Shown: positions 59,027 through 64,000 of the stretch, piece by piece
How the letters are laid out: each line of letters begins with the position of its first letter
Numbering within the stretch: position 1 is the first letter of the stretch
Assembly (NCBI GenBank): GCA_041740355.1
Contig: JBGSMD010000048.1
Span: 23,912-87,911, forward strand
Length of the DNA: 64,000 bases
DNA from: Bdellovibrionota bacterium
GTDB taxonomy: Bacteria > Bdellovibrionota_C > UBA2361 > CALJRW01
Direction of reading: 5' to 3'
Notes under the pieces: model-generated
What the model saw: only the letters and a program-made list of their open reading frames with translations
Database searches by the model: none
What the model was told of the DNA's origin: nothing
Program-made: the position numbers and the translations under genes

Positions 59027-60496
59027 TTAGGATAAAAAATCGAGAGAAACATTCAGATCAGCTAGTCCTAAATCATATGTAACTTTTAATTTAGAATGAC
59101 AAGTTGCTGCATGGGTAAACAATAATATTCCTCGTTTCCCGCCTTGATGACAAATTAGAGGTAACTCCAGAGTAATTTGAGATTGATTTGGTAGAATTTT
59201 ATAGTTATCAAAGACTGTAACATCAGTTCCAATCCAAAGCTGATGCTTCCCTAATGGTAAATTTGTCAGATCAACTATGAATTCAGCTTTGCTGCTATTG
59301 GTCTGCGTCGATATAAAATTAAATGTTGGTAACTGATCAGAAAATACATAAGCTGTCGCTTTGTTTTTTAGAACAGTTGGAAAAATGGGAGACATAGGTT
59401 CAGTTTGAATTTCGGGCTGAGTAGCAGGATTCTCGTTAAGCATTAAGAGTTTTAAACTTACTTTTTCAGGAACAATTAATCCCCCTGGAATCAAGTGTTG
59501 CCTGACAACAGGTATTAATCTAGCAAAAGGTTCCATGAATAAAGCGGCGGCCATAGTTTCACTTAAAATTCCATGTACCGGCTTCTCAGGTTGCCACTTA
59601 AAAGCATCAGTAACAGTAATTTTTACGCGTTCTTCTAGTCCTAAATTTCGCACTAAGGTTTCTAGCATTAACGCCGACTGAGGGTTTAGTTCTACAAATT
59701 CAATTTTTACTCGGGGAGAAGATAAGGCCAATAAACCAAGAAAACCAAATGCACCGGCGCCGATATCTGCAATCCGAATTTCTTGGTCTCCAGGAAATCT
59801 TCGTTCAAGTTCTTTAACAGCTAGTGGTACACCATAGATAAATTGGCGAGTACGATAGGCATCAAGTAGCACGCCATCAAGTGTTCCAATCACATCAAAA
59901 GCCTCGGCCCCTGGCTGAAAAGTTAGAAATTTCTCAGGATGCTTCATGATTTCTAAGGGATTAGTCAACGAAAGGAGACTAGCTGCCAACTCTTCACAGG
60001 CAGCTTTGGTTCGTAAAATTACCTGAGTGTTATGACTAAAAGACATTTTGGAAGCAGTAGTAGAAAAAATTTCTTGAAGCTCTTTAAGATCCCTAGGTGG
60101 AACTTGCTGCTGATAATTTGCATGATGATCACAGATCTCCGCCCAGTTAGATAATTCTCTGGCAATGGCAGTACCAAGCAAAGTGAGATCTTTAGCTGGC
60201 GTTGCGCGAACGATATCTGAATTTTCAAGTACTCTAACCATTTGAGGTAATAAGTCCTCTCTTATTTTAAAAGCTTCTTGTTGGCGATCAATTAAACTGG
60301 CCAGTGGGTTGGCTTTCTCTTGAAATGCCAAGATTGCTTGTTGATGTGCGAAGCGGTCATAACTATCTACTTGTCTTAAGGCATTAAAGCTGGAGCTAAA
60401 TTTAGCAACTTGCTTCAAAATTTGAGTCACCCAAGGGCTAGGGCTAAAGCGCGCTCCTTGTAATATTTCACGCAGTGAGGATCTTGGATCATGCAT
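59027..60496 (-). CDS. Class I SAM-dependent methyltransferase, PRMT-like
   Basis: IADIGAGAFG, FVELNP, TDA, ILSETMAAALFMEP, LIPGGLIVPE. Confidence 0.8.
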   Translation of the reverse strand: MHDPRSSLREILQGARFSPSPWVTQILKQVAKFSSSFNALRQVDSYDRFAHQQAILAFQEKANPLASLIDRQQEAFKIREDLLPQMVRVLENSDIVRATPAKDLTLLGTAIARELSNWAEICDHHANYQQQVPPRDLKELQEIFSTTASKMSFSHNTQVILRTKAACEELAASLLSLTNPLEIMKHPEKFLTFQPGAEAFDVIGTLDGVLLDAYRTRQFIYGVPLAVKELERRFPGDQEIRIADIGAGAFGFLGLLALSSPRVKIEFVELNPQSALMLETLVRNLGLEERVKITVTDAFKWQPEKPVHGILSETMAAALFMEPFARLIPVVRQHLIPGGLIVPEKVSLKLLMLNENPATQPEIQTEPMSPIFPTVLKNKATAYVFSDQLPTFNFISTQTNSSKAEFIVDLTNLPLGKHQLWIGTDVTVFDNYKILPNQSQITLELPLICHQGGKRGILLFTHAATCHSKLKVTYDLGLADLNVSLDFLS

Positions 60497-60911
60497 TGGA
60501 ATTGCTTACCTGCTAGTCTTAAGTTTTAACCTGTAGTTATAATTATTTAAATTACCAAGTAACTTAGTTTTAAAAATTGAACATACTTGTTTGAATGTTT
60601 TGCAGAAATGTTTCACAAAACAGGACGATTCTGTTATGAAGTTTCTAGGAGATGTGTTTCATTTATTTTTTCGTATAGATGAATGGTTTTATGTGAAATA
60701 TTTCAAGCACTTAAATTTTCTACTTAGCAACTCCAGATCAAGGGTAGAAATTTTCTCCTATTATGAATATAGCTGGTGTTAGAAGATTGAAGAAAACTAA
60801 AGTATTGTAATCTGATCTGATAAATAAGATAATTAGGCTGTAAAGCTTTTATCAAAAAAGTTCACTCCTTTAAGTTATAATAACTTAGTACTCATTTAGC
60901 CACGATTTAAC

Positions 60912-61487
60912 ATGTGCTTTAATTTCCTTAGCAAAACGACCTATCAAAAATTAAGTCATAATTCTTTAAATAGAGGATTTTCATTAGTAGAGTTAATAGT
61001 AACTGTTGCCATTTTTGGAATACTTGCAGCAATATCAACCCAAATATTTATTGAATATAAAGCAAAATTATATGATCAACGAGCATATCTTCAATTAAAG
61101 TTGGTTGAACAATCAATCACTGCCTATCTTTTAGACTTTGATGACATCTTAGATTTTTCCTACAGAGATTCTATCATTTCACCTAATGGAACAATGACAG
61201 GTTCAAGTTCGGGAGATCCTGTGGCAACTACATTTAACATTAGCATGCTTCCTGGATTTGTTCATGATCGAGATGCTGGTGTCCGAATTTGGATGGCCAT
61301 TAGAGGAGACCATCAGGGAGGCTATACTTGGCAAGATGGTTCATTTGATATTGACGTTGCTTCTTGTAGAGGTTCAAAAAATGGCAGTGGTCATGTTAAG
61401 GAAATCAGATATTGGAATTGTCCAGATCTTTGGGGAGGCACCCAATCTTGGCACCCAACAAGATATAGAAATCTCCCCTGTCCATAA
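60912..61487 (+). CDS. Type IV pilin or pseudopilin-like protein
   Basis: Class III signal RG|FSLVELIVTVAIFGILAAI with E5; C-terminal cysteines. Confidence 0.88.
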   Translation: MCFNFLSKTTYQKLSHNSLNRGFSLVELIVTVAIFGILAAISTQIFIEYKAKLYDQRAYLQLKLVEQSITAYLLDFDDILDFSYRDSIISPNGTMTGSSSGDPVATTFNISMLPGFVHDRDAGVRIWMAIRGDHQGGYTWQDGSFDIDVASCRGSKNGSGHVKEIRYWNCPDLWGGTQSWHPTRYRNLPCP

Positions 61488-61603
61488 GATTAAACAAGAG
61501 CTTCACTGGAATTCACTTAAAACAAAAAATTACTTATTCTCATTAACTCCTCAATACTGGGATGAGTATTTTAATCACTAAGCAGATATGCTATTTTTTT
61601 AGC

Positions 61604-62371
61604 ATGAATATCAAAAAGAAAATCGCACTAATTACGGGGGCAACATCTGGAATTGGCAAAGCTACTGCTGAAGCATTTGCAAAATTAGGGATCAATCTAA
61701 TTCTATGCGGTCGAAGACTCGAACGACTTGAAGAAATTAAAAATGAATTATCAAAAGTAGTTAAAGTTTACACACTCCAATTTGATATAAGTAATTCTAA
61801 GGCGGTTAAAGAAGCGATTGGTAATTTGCCAGATGAGTGGAGCCAAATTGATATTCTGATTAACAACGCCGGTAATGCTCATGGATTAAGTCCGATTCAG
61901 GATGGGGACATATGCGATTGGGATGCCATGATCTCTAGCAACGTTCAAGGCTTACTTTATGTTTCTAGGGCAGTGCTTGGAGGAATGAGTGAAAGAAAGA
62001 GCGGACATATTATTAATATTAGTTCCATTGCAGGTAAACAAACTTATGCTAACGGGGCAGTTTATTGTGCTTCCAAAAAAGCAGTCGAAGCAATTAGTGA
62101 AGGAATGCGTTTAGATTTAACACCGCTTGGAATCAAAGTTACTAATATTGCTCCAGGTGCAGTTGAAACTGAATTTTCTTTGGTAAGATTTAAGGGTAGT
62201 AATCAAGCCGCAAAGAAGGTCTATGATGGCTTTAAGCCATTAAGTGCAAATGATATTGCCGATGCTATTGTTTTTGCCATCTCTGCTCCTGCCCATGTGA
62301 CTATTGCTGATATGACAATTTTAGCTTCTGCTCAGGCATCTGCTACTAGCATTACAAGAGAGATTAATTAG
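61604..62371 (+). CDS. Short-chain dehydrogenase (YdfG-like)
   Basis: TGATSGIG, NNAG, YCASK, PGAVETEFS. Likely start at 61604. Confidence 0.92.
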   Translation: MNIKKKIALITGATSGIGKATAEAFAKLGINLILCGRRLERLEEIKNELSKVVKVYTLQFDISNSKAVKEAIGNLPDEWSQIDILINNAGNAHGLSPIQDGDICDWDAMISSNVQGLLYVSRAVLGGMSERKSGHIINISSIAGKQTYANGAVYCASKKAVEAISEGMRLDLTPLGIKVTNIAPGAVETEFSLVRFKGSNQAAKKVYDGFKPLSANDIADAIVFAISAPAHVTIADMTILASAQASATSITREIN

Positions 62372-62491
62372 TTATCTTTTTAGGAATGCATATTACAACA
62401 AAATTGAATAAAGTGGTTCCTTGACCATAAATTTTGCTGGACTCTACCTTAAATTCAGCTAAAATTACGGAATTATTATAAAACCCCAAGT

Positions 62492-63850
62492 ATGAATTAC
62501 TCCAAAATTAAAAAAATTCTTTTTCTTATTCTATTTATTGGATTCAGCAATTTAGCTTTTTCTGAAGAAGGCCTACTTGAAGCTTGTGAAGCAGGAATCT
62601 TAGTTTCCACACCGATTACTTCAGAAGTCGTTACTAATCCAGGAGATCCAGTTTTTAATGGCGGACAGTTAATTTCTGCTTTAGGACTTGAGACTCCCTG
62701 TGCCTCACAAAACTGGTTTGGACCAAATGGTGATGATTACTCAGCTCCCCGTGCGCTTAGCGCGACAGCATTTCCAAATGTTATTTCTATTTCATCATTA
62801 CCTGTAAATGTCACCTTTAATGTTATTGGTGTTGGACTAAGCGGTGGACTAGATCTTTACATGCCCGAGTGCATGCCTCCGGCAACAGCGGCCGCTACTT
62901 TTTGTGAAAACGCTGATAACACTGTTGTTTTTAGACTGGCAGACCCTTCCGGAAACTTTACTGGTAAATGGACTATCGCTACGGCTACTAATAATCCTTA
63001 TTTTCAAATGGCTAGGAATGGCAGTTGTCCAAGCCCGCTTAGCAACTTAACTAATCCTGGAAATGGAGCTCCATGTACTTATGAATTAAGATTTAATATC
63101 GACAATAATGGAATTCCTGTTTTAACAAAAGCAATGCAATTAGTTGTTTTTAATGGAGCCGGGGGAGGGGGAACTACTACCATAGATGGTGGTGTTTACT
63201 ATAATGCAACTGCTGAATCTGCCACACCACTTTTATTTATACCAGGAAGTTCCACGGCTCTTAGCATTTCAGCAGGTAAGGGAATTCTCGAATATGGCGA
63301 ATCAACACTTATAGCTGGAAAGGTAATTGGGGCAGTGGTTCCCTCTGATTTACCAGTCTTAGCTTTGGAAGCAGCAGCACAAGGCACAAATAACTGGGCA
63401 CAAGTTGCTAGCGCGACTACGGACACTGCGGGTGAAGTTGGTTTTCCAATATCTCCTGTAACAAATACAGATTATCGTCTGAGATTACTTGGCGATTCTT
63501 TGGGGGCTGACGTTGTCTCCGAGACAAATCAAGTTATGGTAAAATCTAAGATTGTTTTGAAGAAGAAAAGAACTTTAGTAATTAAAATTGTTAATGGCCA
63601 AGAACGTAAGAAGTATTTTGGAACTTTTAGTGGATCCGTAAATCCATTGCCACTCACTGGTTCAAAGATTCATTTGGAAAGACTTGTTACCGGGAACTGG
63701 ATAAGAGTTAAATCTTCTGATGTTACTAATACTGGAACTTATAGAGTTAAACAAAAGCTTACTAAAGGAAAAAATCTTTGGAGGATTGCAGTTGATTCAA
63801 GTATTCTAAACGCCAATTCAACATCGGAAGAAAAAGAACTTAAAGGTTAG
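62492..63850 (+). CDS. Exported hypothetical protein with a Cys-containing N-domain and C-terminal Ig-like, Lys/Arg-rich domains
   Basis: Signal peptide; beta-rich C-terminal half (W.QVAS.TT...G; W.RVK...T...G.Y). Confidence 0.8.
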   Translation: MNYSKIKKILFLILFIGFSNLAFSEEGLLEACEAGILVSTPITSEVVTNPGDPVFNGGQLISALGLETPCASQNWFGPNGDDYSAPRALSATAFPNVISISSLPVNVTFNVIGVGLSGGLDLYMPECMPPATAAATFCENADNTVVFRLADPSGNFTGKWTIATATNNPYFQMARNGSCPSPLSNLTNPGNGAPCTYELRFNIDNNGIPVLTKAMQLVVFNGAGGGGTTTIDGGVYYNATAESATPLLFIPGSSTALSISAGKGILEYGESTLIAGKVIGAVVPSDLPVLALEAAAQGTNNWAQVASATTDTAGEVGFPISPVTNTDYRLRLLGDSLGADVVSETNQVMVKSKIVLKKKRTLVIKIVNGQERKKYFGTFSGSVNPLPLTGSKIHLERLVTGNWIRVKSSDVTNTGTYRVKQKLTKGKNLWRIAVDSSILNANSTSEEKELKG

Positions 63851-64000
63851 TATTCAAATAAATGGAAGTCTTGAGGAAGCTAACTTACTCTCTGCCGGAC
63901 TCTGTTAAGTGGAGATTGGAAAGGTATGGAGTTACGGAACTAATGATCGTTAGAATGTAAAATCTTCGTAAGGCTCGGGATGCGGGGGGGGGGGGGCGCG

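Noticed and set aside
60591-60782. 63-aa intergenic ORF
   Set aside because: TTG start, no clear RBS or motif; probably promoter DNA between divergent genes.
63984-63996. Poly-G run at the window end as a phase-variation tract or G-quadruplex
   Set aside because: It lies at the very edge with no downstream context and could be a sequencing or assembly artefact, so it cannot be interpreted.

Overview
AT-rich bacterial chromosomal window with no rRNA, tRNA, CRISPR array or transposase recognised. The protein styles (Myxococcus-type Cys-rich repeats, tandem Lrp regulator, orphan LivJ-like binding proteins) suggest a Bdellovibrionota/deltaproteobacteria-like organism; this is inference only. Main contents: (1) the 3' part of a giant adhesin of more than 5000 aa (Calx-beta-like repeats, 12 Cys-rich repeats, Asp-rich TSP3-like repeats) ending in a basic, Cys-bracketed helical domain that recurs on a second exported protein and is a candidate new C-terminal sorting or anchoring domain. 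(2) A divergent cluster with a CcoN-like protein that appears to lack the CuB site, an MFS-like/CcoO/cytochrome c fusion and an MBL hydrolase, facing an MMPL transporter, YceI and menA. (3) A tightly coupled four-gene operon with two apparently inactivated nuclease domains, a DUF4407-like protein and a Sel1 protein. (4) An XRE-HTH/solute-binding fusion regulator divergent from a hyp-prs-apt-NUDIX operon, with a 19-bp inverted repeat between them; this is a candidate adenine-nucleotide reconstitution module. (5) Several orphan effector-like genes (RelE-tipped, GT-A, PRMT-like, pseudo-NTase). (6) Two genes broken by in-frame TAG codons, plus assorted housekeeping genes.
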